In this document: positions 10,375 through 21,669 of the stretch, in pieces | How the letters are laid out: each line of letters opens with the position of its first letter | How positions within the stretch are numbered: position 1 is the first letter of the stretch | From: Candidatus Bathyarchaeia archaeon | GTDB lineage: Archaea > Thermoproteota > Bathyarchaeia > 40CM-2-53-6 | DNA: 64,000 bases | Direction: 5' to 3' | Assembly (NCBI GenBank): GCA_049517415.1 | Contig: JBEKSC010000010.1 | Location: forward strand, 1-64,000 | The notes under the pieces: model-generated | What the model saw: the letters and a program-made list of their open reading frames with translations, nothing else | Told to the model about the DNA's origin: nothing | The model's database searches: none | Made by a program: the position numbers and the translations under genes

Positions 10375-11316
10375 TCAAGAGAGGCGTCTACCTTCCTCGA
10401 GGTCGACTAAGAGCGCTGTCAAGAGCAATTGGATTCCGATGAACAGGGGAATAGCTGCAATCATGACGGAGCCCGTAGAGGGGCTAATCCGTTCCGTAGA
10501 CACATATCTCAAGTAAAGGAAATATGCGGACAGCAGCGAACCCCAAGAAAAAAGAGATGCACCCGTCACGTATAGCAACGCAAAGGGATGAAGGTCGTAT
10601 AAAATATACTTCCGGTACAGTCGCACATGAAAGTCTTTGAAAAGGCATATTGACGTCCTGACTGCGAATGGTAAGAGACGAACTTTTGATTGCTCCCCTT
10701 TGTAGACTGCCGGAATGGGTACATCCTTGACTCGCGCACCCAGAATGTTCAGCCTTACAAGCATGTCATTTTCGAATTGGTAACCATGTTGCATCGCATC
10801 AAGATCCAAACTCTTAAGGATCTTCACCCGTATCGCTGTATATCCGTTCTGAGGGTCAAATATCCGCCAATAACCTGACGCAGTTTTAGTGAGAAAGGAG
10901 AGAACAGAATTGCCAAGTATTCTAAGCTTCGGCATCTTCTCGAGTCCACTCGCCATAAATCGATTGCCTTTCGCGTAGTCATAGCCATCGTCAATTATGG
11001 CATCCAGCAGAGCTGGAAGGTATCTCGGATCCATTTGATCATCGCCTCCCATGATTACGCTTATGTCAGCGTTCAATTCGATTGCTCTCTTGTGACCGGT
11101 GATCAAGGCTCCTCCAAGCCCTTGGTTCGAACTATGCCTAGTAACCTCCACTCTGCCCGTAGCAGATCGAGCGATATCGGCAGTGTTGTCTGTACTTGCA
11201 TCATCAACGACCACTATGTGATCTACAAAGTCAGGTATTCCGCGGATGACTTTCGAGATATGCTTAGCTTCGTTGTAGGCTGGTACGACAACGCACACCC
11301 TCCGATTCTTATACAA
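10375..11316 (-). CDS. GT2 polyprenol-phosphate glycosyltransferase (DPM1-like) with C-terminal TM helices
   Basis: VVVPAYNE, VDDASTD, DDQMDP, KGNRF, DPQNGY, YQFE. Confidence 0.9.
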   Translation of the reverse strand: MYKNRRVCVVVPAYNEAKHISKVIRGIPDFVDHIVVVDDASTDNTADIARSATGRVEVTRHSSNQGLGGALITGHKRAIELNADISVIMGGDDQMDPRYLPALLDAIIDDGYDYAKGNRFMASGLEKMPKLRILGNSVLSFLTKTASGYWRIFDPQNGYTAIRVKILKSLDLDAMQHGYQFENDMLVRLNILGARVKDVPIPAVYKGEQSKVRLLPFAVRTSICLFKDFHVRLYRKYILYDLHPFALLYVTGASLFSWGSLLSAYFLYLRYVSTERISPSTGSVMIAAIPLFIGIQLLLTALLVDLEEGRRLS

Positions 11317-11346
11317 TCACGTCAGCTCCGTGTTGGAAATCAAGGT

Positions 11347-11556
11347 TCAAGACTCTCCGGCGCGATTTCCTTTATTACTCGCGCGGGAACTCCGCCGACC
11401 ACTGTGTGCGTCATATCGAAACGCAAGGTTCTCGATAGCATTTACGTTCTGCGCGAGCAGTTCTGCGTTTGCGCTTCTATACCCTAAGATCTGTCGAATG
11501 GCAGGCTCGGCGCCAGCCGCGGGTATTTTCAAGGCCTTAGTACTCTTAGTACTCAT
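11347..11556 (-). CDS. Small hypothetical protein (69 aa)
   Basis: ATG overlaps the upstream GT4 stop and the ORF fills the gap to the next gene; no motif recognised. Confidence 0.35.
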   Translation of the reverse strand: MSTKSTKALKIPAAGAEPAIRQILGYRSANAELLAQNVNAIENLAFRYDAHSGRRSSRASNKGNRAGES

Positions 11557-12664
11557 AATCGCTCCTGCCTTTTCTCTCGACTTCGTTGATTATCAGCTGT
11601 TCCACTTTGGGCGCTATCGTGGCCCATCCGAAATTTGCCGAAACCCATCTTCTGCCCTGCTCTCCCAATTCCTTGGACAATTTGCTGTCGTCAACCAGCA
11701 TCTGAATGCGGTTAACCCACTCACCAATGTTCGCGTTATCGATGCTCCACCCTGTAAGGCCGTCGGATATGGTCTCCGGTACTCCTCCCACTCGGCTTCC
11801 CAGGACTGGCTTTCGCATAAGTGACGCTTCCAATACAGTTGTCGGGCAGCAGTCCAAGTTTGAGGCCAACACGTACAAGTCCGAGTTCGCCAGAAGCCGC
11901 CTCACGCCTTCGGGATAGCCGATGCCTGAAAGGAAATGCACGTTCTTGAATAGCCCGAGGCTCTGCTTGACTAGTGGAAAGTAGCTTTGCCTAATGTCCT
12001 CTCCTGATGAGACATAGAAATGAACCTCTGGTAACTTTGAAATCGCTTTTCCGAAGTTCAATAACCCTAGAGTCTTCTCGTACACTGTGTGATTTTGAAT
12101 AATTGCCACAGCCGGATGCTTCATGTCTATTCCACGCGTGGGGAAGAACTCCGTTGGGTCGACGCCTTGGTACACCACGTCCGTGGGCTTTGAAGGAAGA
12201 TGCCTGCGGACCTCCCTTTCTAACCACCTGCATATCGGCGTGACCCTGTCGGCGAGAGCAACTCCAAGGAGGCTACTAGCGTAGAGCGGAGATCCTAACA
12301 CTCTCGATTTAACGCGTGACCGTTTGCCCCATTCAATGAATTCCCTCCAAAGGTCTCCTCTTAAATGAACAATTATCGGGATCTTATGCTGGCCCGTGAA
12401 TTGGGATAGTTTCAAATGGGAAGCGTAGAGTGGGCTGTCAGTGTAGACTACATCAGGGTTGAATTTCGCTAGAGCTGTCCGTGTTTCGCTGTCACCCGCT
12501 ATGCTTTCGAACACATTCCCCAATGCGCTGCCTTGCGGGCCTGCTCGTGTTCGCGGGTAGGAAGGGGCCAAGACTTCCGTCTCGACCGACCCAGAGAAGT
12601 GCTGTATCATCCTTAGGAAGAAATCACGCTTGACTGGGGCTGCAACGAATGAGACTCGAACCAA
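11546..12664 (-). CDS. Glycosyltransferase family 4
   Basis: VYQGVD, DCCPTTVLEA...KPVLGSRVGGVPE. Confidence 0.88.
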   Translation of the reverse strand: MVRVSFVAAPVKRDFFLRMIQHFSGSVETEVLAPSYPRTRAGPQGSALGNVFESIAGDSETRTALAKFNPDVVYTDSPLYASHLKLSQFTGQHKIPIIVHLRGDLWREFIEWGKRSRVKSRVLGSPLYASSLLGVALADRVTPICRWLEREVRRHLPSKPTDVVYQGVDPTEFFPTRGIDMKHPAVAIIQNHTVYEKTLGLLNFGKAISKLPEVHFYVSSGEDIRQSYFPLVKQSLGLFKNVHFLSGIGYPEGVRRLLANSDLYVLASNLDCCPTTVLEASLMRKPVLGSRVGGVPETISDGLTGWSIDNANIGEWVNRIQMLVDDSKLSKELGEQGRRWVSANFGWATIAPKVEQLIINEVERKGRSDYEY

Positions 12665-12782
12665 TTCTAAGGCCTAATTAGTCTGCTCTATTAGTGCTTA
12701 CGACATCGAGTAGTTCTTTGCTGGGGATCCGGGCTATACGGTTCGCGGTATTAAGAGCTAGGTGAAGGTCGGTGTCATAACC

Positions 12783-13775
12783 ATGTGGATACACCTTCTA
12801 TCCCTTCTTGCTTGCCCTAATTGCAAAGCTGAATTGGAACTGTCTAACGAGACAGCCAATCGTATTCAGCAAATCAAAGAGGGAACGCTTCGATGCAAGA
12901 AATGCGGCGCTTGTTTCCCTGTGGTGAATTATGTCCCGCGTTTTGTTCCTGCGAACAACTACGCGGCCTCATTTGGGTTGGAGTGGACCAAGCATGCTAG
13001 AACCCAATATGATAGTTATACGCGGCTACCGATCTCAGAGAAGAGGTTTTTCGACGAAACAAAATGGCCCCGGAGAATGGTGGGCGAAAAAATACTTGAA
13101 GTTGGTTGTGGCTCTGGGAGATTCACAGAACATGCTGCGTCGACCGGTGCGACCGTGGTTGCTATAGATTACAGTGCCGCCGTTGATGCGAACTACACCA
13201 TTAACGGGGCCCAGAGGAATATCCTAATCGTTCAAGCAGACGTCTATCGTATGCCCTTCCGGGAGCAAACCTTCGACAGAATGTTTTCCTTCGGAATGTT
13301 GCAACATACTCCAGATGTGAGGAAGGCCTTCACTTCTCTGATGGCACCACTGAAGACGGGAGGAAGCATAGCGATTGATGTGTACGCGAAGGGCAGGTGG
13401 TTGAAGGAAAGAATAGCCACCAAGCATTTGGTTAGGCCGGTCACAAAGAAACTCCCACCTAACATTCTATATTCGCTCTGCAGCGGCTACGTGAGCTTAA
13501 TGTGGCCGTTGGCGAAAGTAATACATCGAATTCCTCGAATCGGTCCGGGTTTGAATTGGCGGCTGCTCATTCCGGACTACATGGCATCATATGCCCTCCC
13601 TGATGAGATTTCTCGAGAATGGGCAGTACTCGATTGTTTCGACATGCTATCACCCGCTTATGATAACCCCCAAACAATTGAAACACTACGCTCCTGGTTT
13701 GCTGAAACTGGTTGCAGAGATGTTGAGATCAAATACGGCTACAATGGAATCGAAGCCCGTGCATCGAAACCTTAG
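12783..13775 (+). CDS. SAM-dependent methyltransferase with N-terminal Trm112-like zinc domain
   Basis: LACPNCK...CKKCG..FPV...VPRF; ILEVGCGSGRF; GMLQHT. Confidence 0.85.
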   Translation: MWIHLLSLLACPNCKAELELSNETANRIQQIKEGTLRCKKCGACFPVVNYVPRFVPANNYAASFGLEWTKHARTQYDSYTRLPISEKRFFDETKWPRRMVGEKILEVGCGSGRFTEHAASTGATVVAIDYSAAVDANYTINGAQRNILIVQADVYRMPFREQTFDRMFSFGMLQHTPDVRKAFTSLMAPLKTGGSIAIDVYAKGRWLKERIATKHLVRPVTKKLPPNILYSLCSGYVSLMWPLAKVIHRIPRIGPGLNWRLLIPDYMASYALPDEISREWAVLDCFDMLSPAYDNPQTIETLRSWFAETGCRDVEIKYGYNGIEARASKP

Positions 13776-13867
13776 AACTCAATGAATAATGGACAGTCGT
13801 CTGACTCGCCATCATTGATGCTAAGCCTATTTTGTTAAAGATGATCAATTCTGAGAACTGGTGCGCG

Positions 13868-14848
13868 TCACGTAGCCAGCTGGCGTGTAGGCGTGTTATT
13901 TCTAAGCGTGGCTTTGTACCATTCAATCGTCTTGGCAAGTCCGTCCTTGAGCTTTGTCTTAGCCCGAAATCCGAATTCGCGCTCCGCTCTCGCTGTATCC
14001 AACCGCCTGCGGGGCTGTCCGTCGGGCCTTGATGCATCCCATTCTAATTTGCCTCTAAATCCCGTTATTTGGCCTATTGTTCTTGCCAACTCATCGATTG
14101 TGAGCTCTTCCCCCGTGCCAAGGTTTACTGGAAGTCCTTTATTGTACCGTTCCGTCGCCAGTATGATTCCTTCAGCCGCATCTTCCACGTAAAGGAATTC
14201 CCTCGAAGCTTTGCCGGTTCCCCACAAAACGACTCTATCTCTTCCCGCTTCCACAGCTTCTACGAACTTCCTCACCAATGCGGGGATTACGTGGGATGAA
14301 TGAAGGTCGAAATTGTCACCGGGTCCATACAGGTTCACCGGTAACAGGTAAATGATGTTCATCCCATACTGTTGTCGGTAAGCCTGAGCCATTACAAGCA
14401 ACGATTTCTTGGCAATTCCATACGGTGCATTAGTTTCCTCCGGGTACCCATTCCATAAATCGTCTTCTTTGAAGGGCACGGGAGCATACTTGGGGTAAGC
14501 GCATACAGTTCCCACCTGAACGAACTTGGCAACCCGCGCCTGCCTCGCCCCTTCAATCATGTTAACACCCATCAGGACGTTCTCGTAAAACAAAGATCCA
14601 GGGTTTTCTTGATTAAAGCCAATGCCGCCCACCCTGGCGGCTAGATGAATCACGATGTCTGCTCCTTCCAGTATCCTTCTGGAATCCTCCAATTTCTTCA
14701 GGTCAATTTCTCGACTTCGCGGAATGATGATTTGTTTAGTCTCGACATTACGCGTCTGGACGAGTTTCTTCACAAGGTGAGTCCCTAGAAAGCCAGCACC
14801 TCCAGTTACGAGAATTCTTTTTCCTTTCCAAAATTCTGCTTCAGTCAA
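13868..14848 (-). CDS. fcl: GDP-L-fucose synthase
   Basis: [50 protein letters not shown]; adjacent to gmd. Confidence 0.93.
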   Translation of the reverse strand: MTEAEFWKGKRILVTGGAGFLGTHLVKKLVQTRNVETKQIIIPRSREIDLKKLEDSRRILEGADIVIHLAARVGGIGFNQENPGSLFYENVLMGVNMIEGARQARVAKFVQVGTVCAYPKYAPVPFKEDDLWNGYPEETNAPYGIAKKSLLVMAQAYRQQYGMNIIYLLPVNLYGPGDNFDLHSSHVIPALVRKFVEAVEAGRDRVVLWGTGKASREFLYVEDAAEGIILATERYNKGLPVNLGTGEELTIDELARTIGQITGFRGKLEWDASRPDGQPRRRLDTARAEREFGFRAKTKLKDGLAKTIEWYKATLRNNTPTRQLAT

Positions 14849-15890
14849 TTTTCCACCATTTTTCTGGAAACGCTTTCTTCACAATCTCGTCGCCTTCTCC
14901 GATTGCATTGAGCCCAGCGGCTCTCATATCCGCGTCAACCATGATTTTGACCAAGTCGTCAAACTTTATTTTCGGGTTCCAGGCGAGCTTGGTTCGAGCT
15001 TTGGTTGGGTCGGCTATTATCACATCAACCTCCGTTGGCCTGAAGTATCTTGCGTCCACTTCCAAGTACTTTTGATAATCTAAGCCAGCGTATGAGAAGG
15101 CGTTTTCGAGGAATTCTCTCACCGTGTGGCCTTCGCCGGTTCCTATTACGAAATCTTGGGGTTCTTCGCTTTGGAGCATTTTCCACATAGCCTCCACATA
15201 TTCAGGGGCGAACCCCCAATCTCGTTTGGCCTCAAGATTTCCCAAGTACAGTTTTTTCTGTTTCTTCGCTAGTATCATCGCTAAAGCTCTGGTTATCTTT
15301 TTTGTGACGAAGATCTCCCCCCGCCTCGGGGACTCATGGTTAAACAAGATCCCGTTAACTGCGAAAAGATGGTATCCTTCTCTGTAGTTGGCGGTCATCG
15401 AGAACGCGTAAGCCTTCGCACAAGCGTACGGGCTTCTGGGACGAAACGGGGTATCCTCATTCTGCGGAGGCGGGCTGCTGCCGAAGAGTTCACTGCTCGA
15501 CGCTTGATAGAATTTTATCTTCCTATTGCTTCGGCGCAACAATTCAAGAATTCTTGTGGTCGCTATCCCTGCAATGTTCCCCGTGTATTCCGGTAAGTCG
15601 AAACTCACCCGAACATGGCTTTGGGCGCCAAGATGATAGATTTCCTGCGGCTCAACATTGTAAATAATATTCGAGAGTTGCTCAGAATCCGACAGGTCTC
15701 CATAGTGAAGAAATAATCTCGCCCCCGGAGTGTGCGGGTCGACGTAAATGTGGTCTATTCTAGCAGTGTTGAATGTGCTTGCCCTTCTAATTATCCCGTG
15801 AACCTCGTATCCCAAGGAAAGTAGAAATTCGGCCAAGTACGAGCCATCCTGGCCTGTAATTCCCGTAATGAGCGCCTTCATTATTCTCAA
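14841..15890 (-). CDS. gmd: GDP-mannose 4,6-dehydratase
   Basis: [39 protein letters not shown]. Confidence 0.96.
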   Translation of the reverse strand: MRIMKALITGITGQDGSYLAEFLLSLGYEVHGIIRRASTFNTARIDHIYVDPHTPGARLFLHYGDLSDSEQLSNIIYNVEPQEIYHLGAQSHVRVSFDLPEYTGNIAGIATTRILELLRRSNRKIKFYQASSSELFGSSPPPQNEDTPFRPRSPYACAKAYAFSMTANYREGYHLFAVNGILFNHESPRRGEIFVTKKITRALAMILAKKQKKLYLGNLEAKRDWGFAPEYVEAMWKMLQSEEPQDFVIGTGEGHTVREFLENAFSYAGLDYQKYLEVDARYFRPTEVDVIIADPTKARTKLAWNPKIKFDDLVKIMVDADMRAAGLNAIGEGDEIVKKAFPEKWWKID

Positions 15891-16030
15891 CCCCTCCTCA
15901 AGTTCGAAGGTTCTACTTCAAGTTCCCTAGGGTAATATTTTGCCATGTCCTTTCATGGCATGGTATGTTTTGAAGTTCTCTTTCGCATTTCCCGCGAGAG
16001 CTGAAGTACGTAAAGTAGGTATTTTAGTTC

Positions 16031-16168
16031 CACGCTCTCCTTTCCAAGCGCAGAAGCTGCGATCACAGCGACTAGTGATGAATCAATTCCACCACGAAGG
16101 CCCACGAGTACCTCTTTGAAGCTTGTTCTCCTAAAATATTGCTCCACGCCCAGAACGAGGGCTCAAAC
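16031..16168 (-). pseudogene. Decayed partial duplicate of nadE
   Basis: Hand alignment to 3786-3924, about 18 mismatches over a 128-bp core; SGGIDSS changed to RGGIDSS. Confidence 0.85.
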
Positions 16169-16206
16169 TACTCGGTTTCGAAATACCCGCCGAATATCGA
16201 AATCGT

Positions 16207-17238
16207 CTAAGTTCGAGGCTTCCAGTTCTCATTCAGGATGACTCGCATGAGTCTACTGCAAATGAGGCTGGCTTCAAATGGAAGAGCCTTCAATCTCAGT
16301 TGATCTCTCGATTGCGACGGCACGAAGGTGCTCACGGTCTCGACTAGATTTTCCGGCGTCGAATATACGGCCAAAGGACTGTTGTTCGAGATAATCGGAG
16401 TTCCACATGCAAGAGCCTCGACTGCGGTGCGCATGAACGCGACCACCCTGCTCATCGAGACAACTATGTCCGCAGCATTATAGTAAATCGGCATCATTTC
16501 GTAAGAAATCCCGCTGATGTGAATTGTCGCGAAGCCCAAGGCCTCCAGTTGGTTTCGCCACGTCGAGATTTGTTCCACAAACTTCTCGGGCAAGTCTCCA
16601 ACGAACGCGATTAGCTTATTGCCTGTTCCAAAACCCAACCGTCTCTTAGATTCGTCTTTGTCGCGTATCGCAAATGCGCTCAAATCGACTGGATTAGGAA
16701 TCATCGTAGCCCGTCCCCCGTGGAATCTGCGGACTCTAACCTCCAACGCTGGGTCAACGGCAACAACTCTGTTTGCACTTCGGTATCCTTGGGATTCGAT
16801 TATGCAAGCGAAACGGAATGCGTACCCTTTCGAAACTTGCCGAGCAACCTCATCTGAAAATGCCCCGTGGACAATCAGAACGTCCGGGCTGACTGCACAG
16901 GAGGCCACAACGTCCATGCAAACAATCCTATCGAAAGCATGGCGCCTTAGTCCAAGTCCCAATCGCATACAAAGAAGGATTGTAAGAACCTTGAGGACCC
17001 ACGTTACTGTTTGTTCGTTCCTTCTGGTGATTGACGCTAGTGTCTTTCCGAGAATTTGTGCTGCAGCTCGCAATAGTCGTGTCACTGGAAAATTTTCCAT
17101 TGAATACCAATCACACGCCAAGCCTTGTCGATGGCAGTATTCCACCAACGTCTTGGTGTATGAAGTTACACCGCCCGGCGTCCGGGGGAACGATGTCAGG
17201 AAGAGAATCCGATATTCGGGCTCAGTGCGACTTTTCAT
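16207..17238 (-). CDS. Glycosyltransferase family 4 (divergent)
   Basis: PGGV..Y, IPNPVD, YYNAAD, EALACGTP; ORF open to 17418. Confidence 0.8.
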   Translation of the reverse strand: MKSRTEPEYRILFLTSFPRTPGGVTSYTKTLVEYCHRQGLACDWYSMENFPVTRLLRAAAQILGKTLASITRRNEQTVTWVLKVLTILLCMRLGLGLRRHAFDRIVCMDVVASCAVSPDVLIVHGAFSDEVARQVSKGYAFRFACIIESQGYRSANRVVAVDPALEVRVRRFHGGRATMIPNPVDLSAFAIRDKDESKRRLGFGTGNKLIAFVGDLPEKFVEQISTWRNQLEALGFATIHISGISYEMMPIYYNAADIVVSMSRVVAFMRTAVEALACGTPIISNNSPLAVYSTPENLVETVSTFVPSQSRDQLRLKALPFEASLICSRLMRVILNENWKPRT

Positions 17239-17356
17239 ACGATTCAGACTTCCGCAGGGGGGTGCAACGATGCTGATGACCAAAGTGTTCTTAAGACATT
17301 CGGCTTTCTTTTCAACGCTGAGTCCATGTGTATCGGATTGGAATCGCGCATCTCCG

Positions 17357-18475
17357 CTACACCCGATCGTCTGATCCAGTCTTCGCTTTAGGGTAGGCGC
17401 TGAGTAATTGACGATCACGACTTAGGCTGCGACCCAGCGACTTTAATGGATATTTCACAATTCGGGCCATCAAGTCGTACCAGACTTGAGGGAAAAGGGC
17501 CGGGTCAAGTTCCAGAATCAGGCGCCATATCCTAATGGAATAGGCCGGCCATTTCCTGAGACACATCAACGCAAGCGGAGAAAGTTTCTGTGCGGTGTAA
17601 GCGCGAACCGATCGCCTGTCGCTCTTGGGCATTTGTTCTTTAACCAAATATTCGAGGCACCGACCTAGCATCCAGGACGCCGCTCCGAACGTATCCCTTC
17701 CGTCAAGGGGTCGATGCAACATTATGGTATCAAAATAGCGACGCGGGACATCTCCTCCTAAAGATGACGAAAGTGCCCATTGCGAGATGGAAAGAGTAGT
17801 CTGTTGCATGCCCAACTGATGGGCATACGATACACTCATGCGATTCCTCCGATGCTGTTGCAGCGTTTCGGGCATGTTTGCAATCTTGGTCACCTCAAGC
17901 GCGCGAACCCACAACTCGTAATCCTCACAATAAGGCAAGTCAGGGTTGTACCCACCTAATTGAACGTAGACGCTTCTTCGCACCATTACTGAAGAATGTG
18001 CTAATGGACAATCGCCTAGAAGCAACCTCCATTTAATCAAGCCCCTCTCCAATGCTGGTTTAGGTCTCTCAATCACCTTGTCCTCTTCATCAATAATATC
18101 GTACCTCGAACCTACTACTCCGACATCAGAATGGGCGTCGAGGAATTCCACCTGTTTTTCAAACCGACAAGGCAGATTGACATCGTCTGCGTCGGACACG
18201 GCAACGTAGCGTCCCTTCGCATTGGTCACACCTATGTTCCGCGATCGAGCGAGCCCCATTCTAGCTGAATTATGGATGTGGCGGATTCGATCGTCGCCGT
18301 AGGTACGAATTATCCTCAAACTCTCTTCACTCGTGCCGTGTTCGCTGATGATCAGCAATTCGAAATCGGTGAACGTTTGATTGAGGACACTTTCAATGGA
18401 TGCTGGAAGATATTTTTCCTCGTTTAGCACAGGCATTAGAACAGTCACTGTTGGGTGTGCTATCAACCGAGACAC
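17357..18475 (-). CDS. Glycosyltransferase family 2
   Basis: VTVLMPV.N, SVLNQTF.DFE, DADD, EDYELW. Confidence 0.9.
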   Translation of the reverse strand: MSRLIAHPTVTVLMPVLNEEKYLPASIESVLNQTFTDFELLIISEHGTSEESLRIIRTYGDDRIRHIHNSARMGLARSRNIGVTNAKGRYVAVSDADDVNLPCRFEKQVEFLDAHSDVGVVGSRYDIIDEEDKVIERPKPALERGLIKWRLLLGDCPLAHSSVMVRRSVYVQLGGYNPDLPYCEDYELWVRALEVTKIANMPETLQQHRRNRMSVSYAHQLGMQQTTLSISQWALSSSLGGDVPRRYFDTIMLHRPLDGRDTFGAASWMLGRCLEYLVKEQMPKSDRRSVRAYTAQKLSPLALMCLRKWPAYSIRIWRLILELDPALFPQVWYDLMARIVKYPLKSLGRSLSRDRQLLSAYPKAKTGSDDRV

Positions 18476-18923
18476 CTCGCAGCCGGATGTTCATGAGTCA
18501 CAAGGTATATTGTTATGGTCGAACCGACGTTCAGTGATTGTCGAGGGCATCCATGACAGATGCCTCCGCAAAGCGTGCGGACAAATTAATTGTTCGAGTA
18601 CTCTTTCTAGCGGCACGTCAGCGAACTCACCGTTGAAATCCATGCCAACTTGATTGAGAGCTGGTCGACAAATTTCCGCTAAATTTGGTGTATCGTTTCG
18701 GATTGGCGGATCAACCGGTGTATCTCGCTAAATCCGCTGAATGTGTTGATCCAAAGCAACCTCTATGTCATTTTCCCTATTGTAAGCCGAGGAGAGCTTA
18801 GGAGCTGTGTTGAACTCACTAAATATCGTATCAATTTAGTTGAGGGAGTCTGAATATATGTTATCTCGCATTGTGATGACATGGTCTTCTTGCGGATTAG
18901 CATGCACTTTCAGCAATGACCAT

Positions 18924-19421
18924 TCAAACGTCCATTCTTCGCCTTGGCGTACCGATGAACCCGCCCTCGATTAGCATCTTTAACTTTCCTTCTAGTGAGT
19001 CAAGCTCTTTCTGGTCATCATCTGAAACAACTGACCCTTTATTCGCGAGTTGGTGTAGGAGTCGTAGTTCCGCATATAGGGCAGGAACAAGTGCCTCTCT
19101 CCAGTATCCAGGTATAAGTTTGTAGTTCCAAGGATTAGCCTCAACACCAATATCCGCTTCGCTGCTGTACAAGTTGCTTCGTTTAAGATGAACCCAGCCA
19201 ATCGCCACCGACAACGGGACGCCGATGACTGTGGCCAAAGCCGCGAAAGGTGCGAAACGCGGGAATATGGCTAGGAGGTCAGGAATATTCTTGATCGCAA
19301 GGAAGTACACCGTAATTAGGGTGGAAACGTATCCCAGTAAGAAAGTCAGATAAGTGGCGTACCCTAACCGAAAATAGTACCACGCTCGAGAAACCAACGT
19401 TGACGCATTCTTTAATCTCAT
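18924..19421 (-). CDS. Hypothetical two-TM membrane protein
   Basis: RAWYYFRLGY start and two hydrophobic segments. Confidence 0.7.
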   Translation of the reverse strand: MRLKNASTLVSRAWYYFRLGYATYLTFLLGYVSTLITVYFLAIKNIPDLLAIFPRFAPFAALATVIGVPLSVAIGWVHLKRSNLYSSEADIGVEANPWNYKLIPGYWREALVPALYAELRLLHQLANKGSVVSDDDQKELDSLEGKLKMLIEGGFIGTPRRRMDV

Positions 19422-19638
19422 CGAAATTCGCGATGCGTATCGTTGTGCTGGATAATTAAAGCATGTGTCAATGAAGATGGGATTTAGTAATTGAAGAAGG
19501 GTCGGCTGTTATCTTGGAAGGATGCACACCTACTACAGATTTGCTCCGGACTGAACGCGGCTAATGGTGATATCGCATTAGATTATAGCATTTGATCGTG
19601 TCAGAATTCTAGCGGTCTTCCGGACTGAGCAGTGCTCT

Positions 19639-20568
19639 TCATGGGTTAAGACCCGTCGGCCTGTTCTGTCGCGAGGCTAGGAAAAGGTCGCCAATATGGA
19701 TTCTATCGTATATAGTGTTGGCATAACGCTCCACGTCCAAAATGGTTCCACTCGTCCACCTTTGGAGCAGATCTTCGCTTGAAACACCCGCTCCGTAAAC
19801 TGGGGTCGGCGAAACGCTTTGAACCCTGTTGACCGTCACAACGTTAGCCTTCGCGTGAGGATACGAGGCCATTAGTTCAGGTAGTTCTGCGAATAGTGTG
19901 TAACGAACGAGATCAGCTCCGACTCCCTCAAGCAAGTTTGGCTGAGCCCACTTGAATTTCCGCTTCCAAAGCGCACGCATTGAGCGCCATCCGTCGATTT
20001 TGCGCACTATCTCCCGTGCGAATTCAGCTTCGTAGATGGTGCAATTCTCTTCCCACGGGTACCCCCAGTCAAGCTGAGCCTGTTTCCATTTCCACACTAA
20101 GAACGGATTTGTCTCTAGAAATCTAGGCCTAGGCATCGGACTGTTTTGCGGTTGACAGAAAGAAAGCTCTGTTCCAAGTCGCAGCGAGAATGCTAGCAAT
20201 TTGTCGTGATCTTGAAACGCTGTTGCCGCGTCGCTGGCTTTCCACTCACTCTTGAATACCGCATCGTCGGAACCAAACATGAATAAGTCGGACTCCAAGC
20301 TCTCGAAATATTTCAGCACCTGTTTTCTGAAATCGGTTTCGCGTACGAAACTAACTTCTGGGAAACGAGACTTGAGCGTCTCGTAAGCTCGTTCAAACCC
20401 CTCGTTACCGCAAGCGTAAAGCACCGTTAGGGCCAGCGGTTCCTTGCAGGTGCGTGCTATCGACGTCAAATAGCCTTCTAATTGCAGTGGCCTGTCTTTG
20501 CTAAAGCAGAGTACCCCGAGCAAGATACTTATGACTCCTTTCGCTTCCAGTTTTCCCAAGATTGTCAA
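19639..20568 (-). CDS. GT-A-like hypothetical glycosyltransferase
   Basis: FSKDRPLQL, F..DD, FSLRLG, WGYP. Confidence 0.6.
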   Translation of the reverse strand: MTILGKLEAKGVISILLGVLCFSKDRPLQLEGYLTSIARTCKEPLALTVLYACGNEGFERAYETLKSRFPEVSFVRETDFRKQVLKYFESLESDLFMFGSDDAVFKSEWKASDAATAFQDHDKLLAFSLRLGTELSFCQPQNSPMPRPRFLETNPFLVWKWKQAQLDWGYPWEENCTIYEAEFAREIVRKIDGWRSMRALWKRKFKWAQPNLLEGVGADLVRYTLFAELPELMASYPHAKANVVTVNRVQSVSPTPVYGAGVSSEDLLQRWTSGTILDVERYANTIYDRIHIGDLFLASRQNRPTGLNP

Positions 20569-20664
20569 CTATGACCTTGCCGCTCTTCAGATTGGCGTCA
20601 TCCGATCTAAAGCCGCGTGTCCCGCTCCGTAAGTGGCACTTCAAATCAAGAAGTCACTAATGAT

Positions 20665-21669
20665 TTAACTACTTGGTCCTCGCTCGACGGTTTCTGTCCA
20701 ATTACGAATTATTCTTCGAACGATCCTGCGCCAAGGGGGGAGAGTGCCTTCGGGCTGCAGAGATATTCTCTCCTTGTGATTCGGTATCTTGACGTTCTCA
20801 CAATATTTGGCGAGGAATGCAAACAGGTTGTATTCATCAAGCACAAGATTTCTTGCTAGCATTATCTCGTTGATTGACTTTTCATATTGATTCTTCTGAA
20901 TCGTTTCTTCAATTTTCGACAACGCCGCGTGTGGTTGATTGATGTCTATAGATGTTAATGATCCCTTCGGAAAATAATCTAAGATGTTCGGACATCCATA
21001 GTAGAACGGGTATGCTCCAGCGAGGTAAGCATCAGATAGCTTCTCGGTCCAGTAGTCGGGATACGAACTGTTCTCGAGAACAATATGATATTTGTACCTG
21101 GCTATTGCGTCCCACTTGTCTTGCACTTCATTGAGGCCTCTGCCGAATACGTCTATCTTGGTCCCGAAGTGTCTTCTCAGTTCCCGAACGAAAGCAATTC
21201 GTTTCCTGTGGCCTTCTGAGAATGCCTTGTCAGAAGATATTACCGACAAGGACCGATCTTTCTCGAAGCGTGTCATCGATTTCAATGCATCGTAGTCCAA
21301 GGTGAATGGGTATTGTTCCGCGTTTAGAACCACACGGCGACCTACAGCCCAATTTAACCCCTGCTGGGTATACATTGCGCCTTTGTGTTCGAGATTTCGA
21401 TGGCAGGTAATTATTGTCGCGAATTGACGCAGAAATGCGGGGTCGTATTTTCGGAAGGTTGGTGGTTCTCCTGTAATGAAAACGGTATGTTTTCTAGGAC
21501 AACGTGTTTTCTCCTTGTCCAGCAGTCCCTCGTAGACTACCCAGAAATCGCATTCTTCGATATTCCGATTCACTATGAATTGGGAATTGCCCCACACACC
21601 ATGTCCTCCGGGCGTTTGGCGCAGTATTGGTTCTTTCGGAGAGTTTGTCGTTAGCTTCACGGTGATCAC
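20665..21669 (-). CDS. GT10 (alpha-1,3-fucosyltransferase-like) glycosyltransferase
   Basis: YKYHIVLENSSYPDYWTEKLSDAYLAGAYPFYYG matches the GT10 motif. Confidence 0.85.
   Translation of the reverse strand: MITVKLTTNSPKEPILRQTPGGHGVWGNSQFIVNRNIEECDFWVVYEGLLDKEKTRCPRKHTVFITGEPPTFRKYDPAFLRQFATIITCHRNLEHKGAMYTQQGLNWAVGRRVVLNAEQYPFTLDYDALKSMTRFEKDRSLSVISSDKAFSEGHRKRIAFVRELRRHFGTKIDVFGRGLNEVQDKWDAIARYKYHIVLENSSYPDYWTEKLSDAYLAGAYPFYYGCPNILDYFPKGSLTSIDINQPHAALSKIEETIQKNQYEKSINEIMLARNLVLDEYNLFAFLAKYCENVKIPNHKERISLQPEGTLPPWRRIVRRIIRNWTETVERGPSS

Noticed and set aside
16619..17374. 251-aa plus-strand ORF
   Set aside because: Antisense to a GT4 gene; no recognisable domain.
18476..18920. Intergenic region with short hairpins and an ORF of about 50 aa
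   Set aside because: Stems are short and the ORF has no motif; not distinguishable from chance.
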